A stretch of DNA of 63,892 nt, counting the filler, from Nemertoderma westbladi (Eukaryota; Animalia; Xenacoelomorpha), in the NCBI GenBank assembly GCA_032718475.1. It is 4 parts of 4 records of this genome, joined end to end, with 100 filler letters (N's around TTAATTAATTAA, not from the genome) between each part and the next. Parts side by side here need not be neighbours in the genome. Positions count along the whole stretch, not along the records: positions 1 to 20,169 come from JAUCBJ010005819.1; positions 20,270 to 28,815 come from JAUCBJ010001892.1; 2 more parts are not named here. One strand, 5' to 3'. Under the pieces are notes generated by a model. It searched no databases, had not been told where the DNA came from, and saw only the letters and a program-made list of their open reading frames with translations. The translations under genes were made by a program, and so were the position numbers. Positions 10,901 through 22,838 of the stretch are shown here, piece by piece (the stretch's first letter is position 1; the number at the start of each line of letters is the position of its first letter).

Positions 10901-11744
10901 CGTCGAGATGGGTCAAGGTCTCCACACTAAGATGATTCAGCTAGTCTGCGACACGCTGGGGGTCGACCAAAAGTTGGTTCGAATTACAGATACCTCCACG
11001 GATAAAGTACCAAACTCCACCACAACAGGCGGTAGTTTTGGTACAGATTTGGCTGGAGAGGCTTTATTACATGCGTGCATGACGTTGAATGAAAGGTTGA
11101 AACCGTTCAAGGAGGGGAACCCTGCTGGGTGCTGGAAGACATGGATTGAAGCTGCTTACACGGCTCGGGTCTGTCTGTCTGCAGTCGGTTACTTCCCCAA
11201 TACAAATGATCCGGGTAAGCTAGTTGACCACTTTACGTCAGGGGCTGCTTGTTGTGAAGTAGAAGTGGATTGCCTCACAGGGGAATTTAGATTTCTTGTT
11301 GCCGATATTGTGATGGATGTTGGACACAGTATCAATCCGGCTATAGATGTAGGTCAAGTGGAAGGAGGGTTCGTACAAGGATTGGGGTTGCACACCTGCG
11401 AAGAAATCTGGGGGACATTGGAAGGGGATAAATTGACGCGATCTTTAAGCGATTATAAGATTCCGACTGTAGTCGATGTACCTCGTGAATTCAATGTCCA
11501 TTTGCTGGAGGATGGGTCGGTTAAACGAGCTGGGTTTCTATCAGCGCGGGGAATAGGGGAACCGGCTGTCCTACTGGGCTCCTGTGTCTTCTTCGCGATT
11601 AAGGAAGCTATTGCCGCTTATAGGGGTTCCAGGGAAATATTTCGGCTTGATAGTCCCGCCAGCTGCGAACGCATCAAACTTGCTTGTGAGGGGGTTTTTT
11701 CGCCTCATTTAAAACACGCTTCTAATTGTGCTATCAATATTTAA
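7914..11744 (+). CDS. Xanthine dehydrogenase/aldehyde oxidase-family molybdo-flavoenzyme, single coding exon, 1276 aa (aldehyde-oxidase-like substitutions)
   Basis: Two 2Fe-2S motifs (CETGGCGAC...AACL; QCGYCSPG...NLCRCTGY), FAD-domain region, and Moco-domain motifs GGGFGGKE, GVEMGQGLHTKMIQ, INPAIDVGQVEGGFVQGLG and GIGEP (catalytic Glu). Uninterrupted ORF; GCCATG start; AATAAA at 11992. Confidence 0.96.
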   Translation: MSINSDGCIIFFVNGERHEIPASTLLLAPRVNLLHYLRNDLGLKGCKPACETGGCGACNVTVSKFNGTLNIVEHKVVAACLFPLVRCHLADVTTIEGLGNSKHPHVLQQRLATTHGTQCGYCSPGMIMSMYSLLRENPNPTTLDIEDTLKGNLCRCTGYRPIIEAFQSFTDQEEECKESPLNDYKNYMKYSDSSNPTFPDELIELTRVQGDVELEGCGRQLFLPISLDSLIVCKATHPSATLYGGKITPIPSLHETQISIITENVGDLHEVKYQEDGINIGSAVTISQLRMHLLREDINEAHPVLCKSLLQACQAILKHIRDMGTVIGNILCPDISNSDFVPLLVACSALLNVINCETKSSKIIPINSSFYNRPTVTTGNILNDMDLVVSLFIPRCVSDTNLFTYRMWPKPVTIKFSRISCGIKLVCDNNNIVKDLIMVFGGVKGGFLVAHKAASVAIGTKWNEHVWRAIIAELHIEFKDVISEYQLYLTVGLFQRFVEYCDNGCQYYNLPPMKKSLQTIGDWHKDSKYIGKPVIHHAAVTHCTGESVYVGDISEFGNELHCAFVTSTKAHAKILSVNVASARALEGFVSYYDYTDVPGENDFDDHTAFAKDCVNFVGQIIGVVVGTTVTAARKAAMSIEVQYEELDAITTMEEAIKKESFFETPTIHTVGNVGESFKHCDHVIEGELKVHAQCHVYMENVGCICVPSGENDELVLYTTTQDSSSTQRFVSDLLGISRNKVVVKIKRIGGGFGGKELKPLPAVGSAALAAYKLNRAVRCIFTRDDDFLMVGYRTPLLCRYKVGCTSDGRILCVDAKVYADCGFKCNINLGLLEYMYNFLGNVFCIPNSVFELQVCKTNWPQNVAMRGVSLIGGAWFVDNWIHDIAIKCNLPFEQVKSANFYTLGDVMPFIEGGKIVEELNAQLCWERCLKISNFYDRQKEVAEFNSKNKYTKRGIYIMVKSFGVTMAAPSFLVPLCQSSSLVCIYTDGSVSVNHHGVEMGQGLHTKMIQLVCDTLGVDQKLVRITDTSTDKVPNSTTTGGSFGTDLAGEALLHACMTLNERLKPFKEGNPAGCWKTWIEAAYTARVCLSAVGYFPNTNDPGKLVDHFTSGAACCEVEVDCLTGEFRFLVADIVMDVGHSINPAIDVGQVEGGFVQGLGLHTCEEIWGTLEGDKLTRSLSDYKIPTVVDVPREFNVHLLEDGSVKRAGFLSARGIGEPAVLLGSCVFFAIKEAIAAYRGSREIFRLDSPASCERIKLACEGVFSPHLKHASNCAINI

Positions 11745-13539
11745 TCGTGTCTTTGTTTGATAATTGGTATTATATAATTTATATTTCAATACTCTGTAGC
11801 GTTTTGTTTTTTGGTTATAGCGTTGCGGAAACAATTACAGCGTTTTGTTTTTTGGTTATAACGTCGCGGAGCTCGGTGACAGCGCTGTCAAAGTGTGTTA
11901 AAAATCCAATACAAAACCACCGTGGTGTCTTCTTATCTGTAAACCGGGCTTTAGGAGATTATTATATTAGATATATGTATTCAACAAAGATAATAAAAGT
12001 AGTGTTATTAAATTCCGTTTCTTCTGTTATTATGTTCTCATTATGCTTTATTACACCATTTTCTGGAATTTAGTGTTGGTAATTAAGTGTCACTGATCCC
12101 CAAAAAAAAGAAGCAAACTTTTACATTATGCATGAAATTTGAAACAGTGATAGTTTGACCTAACTATAATTTATAACTTAGAGTGAGCCTAATTATTTAT
12201 TGCATGGTAAATAATGTAGAACATTATTTACACTATAGGCCTTACTCAGATATATTTTATTTACCGAGCGTGAGATTCACCGCTAGGTAGCGTGGACCAT
12301 GTACCGGTATTATATCAGACTTGAAAAAAATGTAGCCTATTTAATTAATAATTTGCTATGTGTAAAACTAATACAGTATTGCCTTTAAAAACAGTCAGCG
12401 AGAGAGCTTAATCAATATGTTATTGTTAGCGGTGATTTTTTTTTTTTTTTGGGGGGGGGGGGGGGCTGGGTAATCGTGTTGTGCGATGCGTTTCTCGAAG
12501 AAACTAGGATTATGAGATGGTAAGCAAGAATTCTAATTATCATAAATAATTAATTTAATACTGTGTCTTTTCAACATCAGGGTATACTGTACGATTCAAT
12601 CAAATAAATAAAGAAGTAAAATTAGGTGTAAACAAATGAAAAATACTACTTTACAAATACATAAAAAAAAATACATATACTACACTTTATATGTAATACA
12701 AAATCAATTATACAAAATATTGATTTTGCGACGCGCCAGTATCGGTATCGCGAGCAGAAGCCATTTATGGAGTCCCCCCCAAGCCGTACCGGTGGTTGTG
12801 CAGTGCAGTAAGTACGGTGGCTAATTGTGGCCAATTTCGTTAATTTTTAAAATGGGAAATATAAAAAGAAATTAATGAAATATAATTCATTCCAAAAAAA
12901 TTTATGAAATATAATTCAATCAGAAAAAAATTTAGCCATTTCGTATTATTGTTTTAAAATCCTTTTTCCATGATTACGTGTGTTAAATCGAATTCAGATT
13001 ACATTTCAACTTAAAGAAATGCAGCGATCTCCGCTTCGTCAATAATTTTGGTTTCGAAATGGAACCAACGATATAAGTAAATCAAGTTGGAGCTTAAACG
13101 GATTAAAATCAAGGAAACGATGTAAGGTTTTAATTTTCAGACATTTCGTGTACAGACTGGAAATCTGCAGACCGATTACCGACCCCATAAAGACACAGAA
13201 TGTGTTCTAGCACATATCTGACAAGTTTGAACGGGTAAAAGAGAATAAAAGATCTTGCACGGTGAAATAATAAAAATAGGTGAAATGAGATAAAATAGGA
13301 CAAAACGCTCTGGTTCATAGAAGATATGGTCAAACAGTTTGAAAAGGCTCTATCGAACTGCTGAGTGGTCAGTTAGAGATCCTCGGGAAGACCATCAGAC
13401 TGGGCAGGGTCGGATGGTTCCAATGATGTAGGCCTATTGCCGATCGAGTATGGCAATGAGGAAGCGAAGCGATAGGAGGAACTGGTGTGAACTTGGCTCC
13501 TGAGTGGCAGAGTGAAGGCGAATTGCAATCCCTTATTGG

Positions 13540-14148
13540 CTACCAATTAAAGTCATCCCAAAATTGATGAAATTTGACCAAAAATAATTATATTACACCA
13601 AATCATATAATGTGACCCCAAAAAAATTATTCAACACCAAATAAAATAAAGTCACCCAAAATAAAATTATTCAAACACCAAAAACAATTATTCAACACCA
13701 AAACCAATTATTCAACACCAAAACCAATTATTCAACACCAAAACCAATTATTCAATACCAAAATAAATAAATGCTCCCCAAAACCAATTATTCTCACCAA
13801 AATAAATGACAAAACCCCCAAAATAAATACATTTTCCCCCAAAATAATTACAATTTTTTTTGGTTGACAAGTAATTATTTTTGGGGGATGAATAATTGTT
13901 TTTGGGGAATCAATAATTGTTTTTGGGGAATCAATAATTGTTTTTGGGGAATCAATAATTTTTTTGGGGGAATCAATAATTGTTTTTGGGGTATGAATAA
14001 TTGTTTTTGGGGGAAGAATAATTGTTTTTGATGATATGGATATTCAAAATTGGGGGATGTGAATTGGTGCTACAAAAAATTATATTTGGTGCTAAATAAT
14101 TTATTTTGGTGTTAAATCATCTAATTTGGGGTGGCATTGAATTAGTAG
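13540..14148. mobile_element. Foldback element with inverted ~21-bp tandem sub-repeats
   Basis: (CAATTATTCAACACCAAAAC)n on the left faces (TTTTGGGGAATCAATAATTG)n on the right; the outer ends are imperfectly inverted. Confidence 0.75.
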
Positions 14149-14229
14149 TGGCGTTAATTATTGTAGTAACGGCAATCAGGCCCGTATCGTGCGGGGGGGC
14201 TTTGGGGGCACTGCCCCCCCAGAGAAGTC

Positions 14230-14260
<31 letters not shown>

Positions 14261-14884
14261 AGCCAGACATGTATTGTTCACTCGTCTTGTTCACAATTAA
14301 TTAATAATAATATTGTTGGTAATCAATATTATTGGATTCACATACTCCTGCCCATTGACCTGGCCTGACTCCCCACCGTTCCATTTGGTCCAATTCTATA
14401 ATACTACATGACATTAATATACCTACCTACCTGTAATTACTAAAAATACTCAAAAGCTCTAGGTTATCTCATTGGCTACCAGGGTGGAGGGGTTGTTTGT
14501 TGTTGACCCATTGTTTATTTGCTTGTAGTTTGGGAGCCAGCGTGCAGCTAAAAGGCTTGGCGCTGAGGGTTGCTTGCGCTGGTATCCATAGCTATAATTT
14601 GTTGTAACTTAACCTTAACCATATTATACCTGAAGTGGGTCCTTCGCGCTGCACGTGATTTAAACTTATTTAAATGTAATCTTGAAAGAAAAATAAGCAA
14701 AATCTAAGCAGATGCCCTTGATCACTTTACACCAGCCTAGAGGCAGGCTTGAAAACTGCAGTCGATTTAACCCTTGTGCTCGCTTTGAGGTCATTTTTGA
14801 CCCATCGAAGATTTAAACTTACACAATTTTATCACACATTGATATTTTATCTCGAAATTTTGTGACATTTATTATTTTATATAT

Positions 14885-17800
14885 CGTCCCTATTAAAACA
14901 TAAGGCCCTAACTCAAAAAATCATGTTTTGAGAAAATCGACTTTTTTTACTATAAATTCATGGATCCTTGTAAGGCGCTGAAAATGCGATTTTTAGGCAA
15001 AAGGAATACAAGGAATTTGATTTTGCTATTAAAATCTGTCCGAAATGGACATTTGGAATGGAAATTTTAAAAAATATTAGTTAGGGCGTTTTGAAAAAAC
15101 CAACTTTGGCAGATGTGTGTCAATTCAAAACGCCCTAACATTTCGCTGCACTGTATATATGTATTAAAGAGTGGAAAATACAGCGCGTTTTTGGTATATT
15201 GAAAAAACTTTCTCATGTCGTGTGTCTGTGTGTGTTTGGAACTGTCAATCACACTGCAGGAAATGTCTTGCAGCAGCCTTTATGTCTTGCCATTATTGAA
15301 AATTTTCGATTTCAATGCAACGTCACTCAAGTATTGATTTAACATCGATATGAATAAAAAACAACAAAGTATAAAGTAGAGTAGAGTACAGAGGAAAGAA
15401 CAAGAAAGAAACCGTTGATATTCATTAGTCCAAACTCGGATCTCCGCTATAACAATCTACTGTACTCCAGTCTATGAGAGATAAATGTTTAAGTTAGTCA
15501 CCGTTTCATTCCTCATCTATGACCTCCTCGTCGGTTTCATCTAGAGAGTCGCGAACCTCATCACCTGGTCTGAGAGCCAAGTATTCCCGATGAAAGATTT
15601 TAGGAATAACGCCATTAAGTCATTATATTTGGCTCTGGATATGCAAGGCTTAAACTCAAAGGCTCGCTTTGGTAGATCTAGCAAATTAGACCGACGACCA
15701 AAACTACGTATGAACTTGACTTTCACCGGCTGGGAATTCGACGTATACCATTGTATCGCTGCCCCGAAGAAATAACACCCTTCGCATTTTCGACCACCTG
15801 ACTCTTTCATTTGCCTCATCCACCATCATTAAAGGAAGAATGTCATCTGCAGCTTCCATCCACTTCAGAACGTTCTTAGTTTCCAACACCTGAACCTCGT
15901 AAGGAACAGTAGCTTCATCTTGTCTAGAACCTAAGATAATTCCTGCCCACATGGATGGTGCCCAAACCATCATGTTGGAAACAGATCTCTCAATGGTGCT
16001 GTGGATCGAATCGACTGGCATATACGTGTGGCCAGGAACGAGATAATAGAGCTCGATTGTTTCAATGTGATCGGAACGGATTAGTTGGTGATAAATCATG
16101 GCTAGGACTCCCCGATTTTTATTTTGCCGCCCACAACTGTCACAAAACAACTTTACATTCAGATTCGTTGGCAGATCGATGCTTTGTAAGTACTGATAAA
16201 CACAACTAGCTGTTTAATTGGCTCCACGTCCTGCCTGCCACTCCCCCCAAAGGTAACATATACCCGAATTCGAATTGCTTTCGTAGACAGACTGATTATA
16301 CTGTGCCAGTTTCCTACTATAACCAGTTAACATAGAGTCACCATGGGGTGTATTCAATACCTTTTGTAGGTCGAAACTAGCAACAATGTAATTATATTCG
16401 GCCTCCTTGGACTCACTTTGACATTTCAAGAAATAGTTATTCACAGCATTCTTCTATTCCACGTGAGCTTTGTATTCTTCCTCACTGTAATCACCACCAG
16501 TATCTTTTCGATGACAAATAACGCATTTATCCTTCTTGGGTTGGTGAAAACCAACGTTATAGTCACTTAGAAAAATCGATCGAAATGTCGATTTTGAGAC
16601 CTTGTCTTTAAGCAACGTGTCTTTCTTATAAATGCGATAAAGATTGGTCAGGTTCTTGAAACGCTGAGGCAGGTACTGTACTTGCGGCGGGAATTATTTC
16701 GAACGTAGTGCGGCTCCATTATTGGCAGCTTATTTATGAATTTGTGAACAGATGCTCTTATACCAGCTTTTCCCCGAGTGTTTCCACCACGTTTGTCTTT
16801 AGACGGAAGCTTAGCCTCAGTTCTGTGGCCCAACATCCACCTAACCTCCTTTTCACCAACACTCAATGTTCCCAGGAAGAATGCTCTGCACACCTGCTCT
16901 TTTTGGCCATCTTTGAGCAAGAAATACCTCTTAGAACTTGATCTATGTTTCGTTATTACACTCGATGACTTCTGCTGTGTTCCACCTACACGAATCATGG
17001 AATTGAGAAAGTTATGGCGACCTTGCCTCTCATCTGTTTCCTTCCAGTACAAGTCGAAATTATGCTGTCGATCTCCATCTGTCCATTTCCCAGAGCATCC
17101 ATGGGGACACTGACATTGCACTTGCCTCATACTGCGAGCTGGTTTGACCTTCCCGGATTTCGTGGTATATGACAGACCCTTCTCTCGTAGGTTGTGCCTC
17201 TCTTTGCTGCTATATGGTTTGATTTTCCTGCCTTTCTTCATTGGATTGGGGGCTTCAATATAAGTCTCTGTAGGCTGCTCAACATCTGCAGAATCCTCAC
17301 TCTCGCTACTTGGATAATAGTTTGGATCACTACTCGGATCTTGGGGTGCACTTCCTAACTCACAATCCTGTGGTTGATAGCAGAAACCTGTATTAAATAT
17401 GCTACCATCTGTACCTGGATCTAGTGATGCTCGTAAATCATGTTCTCCATCTTCGCCAATCTCACCTACAGCACGCACAACCCCAAGGTCTAAATATTGT
17501 AATCCACCCCATTGATCTATACCTTGAAAACCTCCCAATAAATCATCGTCCCGAAATCGACAGAATTGCAAATCCACGTCGTGGAATGCATCTGATATCC
17601 CCGCATCAACTTCAGTATCCTGCTGTACTTCAAACTGTATTTCCTGGGCTTCTCCCAAGATTATATCCTGAAGCCCACTCCACAAGTTGACATCATGTGG
17701 GCCAAGAACATTATCACTGTCGCTGGAGATATCTAGGACACATAACATAGGATCCAGATCTGTTGTGATCTCTTCATCCTGTGCAGCCACAGAAAGTCTT

Positions 17801-18398
17801 TCTGTGGCTGCATTGACGAAATTACCGTTTGGGGGTCTATATGCAGTGCTACAGTATGTATGATCTGACAGAAGCGCTACAGAATCTTTAGAGCACCCAG
17901 CTTTACTTTTCTTCTTTTCGTGTTGTTTGGCGTTGTAGCAGTAGGAGTCCACTCTACATTTCCTCAGCCTCTTTGGGTAAGTCTTTCTTGACGACATCGC
18001 GGATGTGAAATGAAAATGCCTAAATGCAGTATAGTAGTATCTGCAGTATGGCGATTCTGCATACAGCACACCATGCACGTAACACTACTTTAAATACCCC
18101 TCGTTGTTTTTGAAAGGCTTTCCTATGAATAATACTATTGGATTGGTTGTTAGGAGTGGATACTATGTAATGTCTATGGTAGATGGGAGTTAGGGCGTTA
18201 TGAAAAAATATTGGCTGCCATTCGAACAGTGTAAATTGCGGAGTTAGGGCGTTATGCAAAGCTTAATATCTCGAGAATGGCTAATGCTATGGCTTTGAAA
18301 GTGCGATTTTCTGAAAGCACGTATGCGAATTACTTAGAATCGTCGATTTTCTCAAAACATGATTTTGTGAGTTAGGGCCTTATGTTTTAATAGGGACG
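14885..18398 (-). mobile_element. Sola1-type DNA transposon, full length but decayed
   Basis: ~57-bp TIRs CGTCCCTATTAAAACATAAGGCCCTAACTCA(A/C)AAAATCATGTTTTGAGAAAATCGAC with one mismatch; 4-bp ATAT TSD (14881-84, 18399-402) fitting the Sola1 AWWT preference; subterminal GTTAGGGCGTT motifs. Confidence 0.88.
15541..18078 (-). pseudogene. Sola1 DDD transposase, disrupted
   Basis: Split ORFs carry CQCPHGC, VCRAFFLGTL, SFDLQKVL..P..YSRKL..YN, W.E..AGRGAN*TASC (nonsense at 16214), CDSCGRQNKN and PGHTYMPVDSIHSTIE; frameshifts near 16660 and 15800. Confidence 0.85.
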
Positions 18399-18557
18399 AT
18401 ATAGTACTTCTCAATTAGAAAAACAAAACGTAAAAATTTGGGAGGGGGTCTATTCAATTTTACAATTTATAGGGGCCTACACATATTGACATTGAGGTCA
18501 AATTTCACCTCATCGTGTTTTGTACGTGTACCATTCAATATCAACGAAAAACTATTT

Positions 18558-19190
18558 TTGAATTTCAACTCAGTTCGCAAATCAGATGTCATCAAATGGG
18601 CCCAAACTTAGATATGCAGATACCAAAATTTTGATTTGGGGATGACAGGAAATATTCCCACAGGCACATGGCCTGGCCAGCCGCCCTTGGCACAATTCCC
18701 CATTTTTGTGATGATCAACTTCTAGTATTCCTACTGTACTGCATTGATATTATGCTCATTTAGAACCGCAATGACCAATTTAGTTGTTGTATACAGTAGT
18801 CACCTCCAAAACAAGCCTAGAGCGAATAGGTTTTAAGATATTTGTCCGGTATTTGTCAATATCGCATCAAGGCGCTAATTGTGATTTGTGCCGGACTTCA
18901 CATTATCTGCAATATCTCAAAAACTATTCGCTCTATGCTTGTTTTGAAGGTGTCTACACCATCTAAATCTGTCATTGCGGTTCTATTGAGCATAAATATC
19001 AATGCAGTAGGAATAATAGAAGTTGATCATCACAAAAATGGGGAATATGACTCACTTCCGTCAAGGGCGGGAACTGGCCATGTGCCTGTGGGAATATTTC
19101 CTGTCATCCCCAAATCAAGATTTTGGTATATCAAAGTTTGGGCTCATTTTATGACATCTGATGTGCAAACTGAGTTTAAATTCGACAACA
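18558..19190. mobile_element. Foldback segment with ~220-bp inverted arms
   Basis: 18558-18780 is the imperfect reverse complement of 18965-19190 (e.g. GATTTGGGGATGACAGGAAATATTCCCACAGGCACATGGCC and its inverse). Confidence 0.75.
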
Positions 19191-20169
19191 CGTTTTTTTG
19201 GACCACCCCAACCCTGTCATTTACCTGAGGTCAAAATTGACCTCAAAGGAATCATCTGTTTGAGAAACGAAGGGTTAAGACCTCAGAAAAAGTTTAAATG
19301 ATACAGCTAATGGTCGAGTACAATTCTGCCAAGTTTCAGGTTGGAATTGGAATTGGAATTTTTTATTTGACATTAAATCAGTTAAAAAACAAGCACTAAG
19401 GATAGCATTAAAATATAACATATAAAGTGTAAGGAAAAGGTAAAGGCAACAAACTAATGTACAGTATGGTATTCAACATGTCCTAGAAAATGTATTTTAA
19501 CGGAAAACAGTACAAAACAAACTGTGAACTGTATTTATTTCTATTGTCTTACTAAAAATATTATTTACTGTAGTTATTTATAATAAGTTTACCGCGGTAA
19601 GTTAGAAATTATAAAATTAAGAATTACATTACAAATTACAGAATTAAGCAGTGATTTGCCGTCGAGGATAACCCCATGAGACTATGTCTCGTTTTCATGA
19701 GGGTCCTCACTATATCAGGAAATATTAAAATCGATAAAGGTTCTATGAAGTTGATACATACATATAGTATTATAGTATATTACATATGTACATTATTGCA
19801 AATAAGTTTAAGTCGAGTTAAACGGATTAAAAGCAAAGAAATGGGAGGACATTTAATGTTTAGATATGTAGCCATCTAGCGGGAGACTGTTGAACTGTTG
19901 GTGTGAAAAGTCGCTAAATAATGTCAAGTTTTGGACATATTTATGCCTACAAATTTTCAATTCGACAGCTTCAAATCTGACAAAGTTATTTAATGTCAAA
20001 ATAGTTACAACAACTATTTGCCTCTATTGACATTCTCCTTAACAGTGTCAATTCGCCAAGGCTCCGCCAACTTCGTGGCTCGCCCCACACCCCTATCAAT
20101 CAACAATATTGATTTTACTTTATGTACTAAATTAACTCTCACTTTTTTGTATGCTCCCCAAATCCAGTT

Positions 20170-20269
20170 NNNNNNNNNNNNNNNNNNNNNNNNNNNNNNN
20201 NNNNNNNNNNNNNTTAATTAATTAANNNNNNNNNNNNNNNNNNNNNNNNNNNNNNNNNNNNNNNNNNNN
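20170..20269. other. Assembly linker/gap
   Basis: N44 + TTAATTAATTAA (stops in all six frames) + N44. Confidence 0.97.
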
Positions 20270-22838
20270 AACACAGCCTAACGGCTCCACATGACGGAAA
20301 CCACTTAGGTTGCCAACCCAACCCAGCGGCTCCAGATGACGGGAACCACATAGGTTGCCAACCCAACCAAGCGGCTCCACATGACGGAAACCACATAGGT
20401 TGCCAACCCAACCGAACGGCTCCAGATGACGGAAACCACATAGGTTGCCAACCCAACCAAGCGGCTCCAGATGACAGGAACCACATAGGTTTCCAACACA
20501 GCCCAACGGCTCCACATGACGGGAACCACATAGGTTGCCAACCCAACCCAGCGGCTCCAGATGATGGGAACCACATAGGTTGCCAACCCAACCCAACGGC
20601 TCCAAATGACGGGAACCACATAGGTTGCCAACCCAACACAGCGGCTCCAGATGACGGGAACCACATAGGTTTCCAACACAGCCCAACGGCTCCACATGAC
20701 GGGAACCACATAGGTTTCCAACACAGCCCAACGGCTCCACATGATGGGAACCACATAGGTTGCCAACCCAACCCAGCAGCTCCAGATGATGGGAACCACA
20801 TAGGTTGCCAACACAGCCTAACGGCTCCACATGACGGAAACCACTTAGGTTGCCAACCCAACCCAGCGGCTCCAGATGACGGGAACCACATAGGTTGCCA
20901 ACCCAACCAAGCGGCTCCACATGACGGAAACCACATAGGTTGCCAACCCAACCGAGCGGCTCCAGATGACGGAAACCACATAGGTTGCCAACCCAACCAA
21001 GCGGCTCCAGATGACAGGAACCACATAGGTTTCCAACACAGCCCAACGGCTCCACATGGCGGGAACAACATAGGTTGCCAACCCAACACAGCGGCTCCAG
21101 ATGACGGGAACCACATAGGTTGCCAACCCAACCCAACGACTCCACATCACGGAAACCACATAGGTTGCCAACCCAACCCAGCGGCTCCAGGTGACAGGAA
21201 CCACATAGGTTGCCAACCCAACCAAGCGGCTCCAGATGACGGGAACCACATAGGTTTCCAACACAGCCCAACGGCTCCACATGACGGGAACCACATAGGT
21301 TGCCAACACAGCCTAACGGCTCCACATGACGGAAACCACTTAGGTTGCCAACCCAACCCAGCGGCTCCAGATGACGGGAACCACATAGGTTGCCAACCCA
21401 ACCAAGCGGCTCCACATGACGGAAACCACATAGGTTGCCAACCCAACCGAGCGGCTCCAGATGACGGAAACCACATAGGTTGCCAACCCAACCAAGCGGC
21501 TCCAGATGACAGGAACCACATAGGTTTCCAACACAGCCCAACGGCTCCACATGACGGGAACCACATAGGTTGCCAACCCAACCCAGCGGCTCCAGATGAT
21601 GGGAACCACATAGGTTGCCAACCCAACCCAACGGCTCCAAATAACGGGAACCACATAGGTTGCCAACCCAACACAGCGGCTCCAGATGACGGGAACCACA
21701 TAGGTTTCCAACACAGCCCAACGGCTCCACATGATGGGAACCACATAGGTTTCCAACACAGCCCAACGGCTCCACATGATGGGAACCACATAGGTTGCCA
21801 ACCCAACCCAGCAGCTCCAGATGATGGGAACCACATAGGTTTCCAACACAGCCCAACGGCTCCAGATGATGGGAACCACCTAGGTTGCCAACCCAACCCA
21901 ACAGCTCCAAATGACGGGAACCACATAGGTTGCCAACCCAACACAGCGGCTCCAGATGACGGGAACCACATAGGTTGCCAACCCAACACAGCGGCTCCAA
22001 TATGGCGGGAACCACATTGGTTGCCAACCCAACCCAGCGGCTCCAGATGATGGGGACCACATAGGTTGCCAACCCAACCCAGCGGCTCCAGATGACGGGA
22101 ACCACATAAGGTAGCCAACCCAACCGAGCGGCTCCAGATGATGGAAACCACATAGGTTTCCAACACAGCCCAATGGCTCCACATGACGGGAACCACATAG
22201 GTTGCCAATCCAACCCAACAGCTCCAAATGACGGGAACCACATAGGTTGCCAACCCAACACAGCGGCTCCAGATGACGGGAACCACATAGGTTTCCAACA
22301 CAGCCCAACGGCTCCACATGACGGGAACCACATAGGTTGCCAACACAGCCTAACGGATCCACATGACGGAAACCACTTAGGTTGCCAACCCAACCCAGCG
22401 GCTCCAGATGACGGGAACCACATAGGTTGCCAACCCAACCAAGCGGCTCCACATGACGGAAACCACTTACGTTGCCAACCCAACCCAGCGGCTCCAGATG
22501 ACGGGAACCACATAGGTTGCCAACCCGACCAAGCGGCTCCAGATGACGGGAACCACATAGGTTTCCAACACAGCCCAACGGCTCCACATGACGGGAACCA
22601 CATAGGTTGCCAACCCAACCCAGCGGCTCCAGATGATGGGAACCACATAGGTTGCCAACACAGCCCAACGGCTCCACATGGCGGGAACCACATAGGTTGC
22701 CAACCCAACCAAGCGGCTCCAGATGACGGGAACCACATAGGTTGCCAACCCAACCCAACGGCTCCACATGACGGGAACCATATAGGTTGCCAACCCAACA
22801 CAGCGGCTCCAATATGGCGGGAACCACATAGGTTGCCA
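20270..22838. repeat. 45-bp satellite, ~57 copies, truncated by gap
   Basis: Unit GGGAACCACATAGGTTGCCAACCCAACCCAGCGGCTCCAGATGAC, with recurring variant blocks. Confidence 0.97.

Larger units (their letters stand above)
14771..19274. mobile_element. Non-autonomous piggyBac-like element (TTAA TSD) hosting nested insertions
   Basis: TTAA(14767-70)CCCTT ... AAGGG TTAA(19275-78); palindromic GAGGTCAnnnTTGACC motifs near 14788, 18494 and 19227. The joined flanks match an uninterrupted repeat at ~2730-2792 (minus strand). Confidence 0.75.

Noticed and set aside
7914-11744. Bacterial contamination or horizontal transfer
   Set aside because: Fused eukaryote-type Fe-S/FAD/Moco chain, an upstream splice acceptor, and contiguity with host repeats.
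20214-20225. TTAATTAATTAA as a biological motif or piggyBac site
   Set aside because: Identical and centred in all three 100-nt N gaps; it is an artificial six-frame stop linker.
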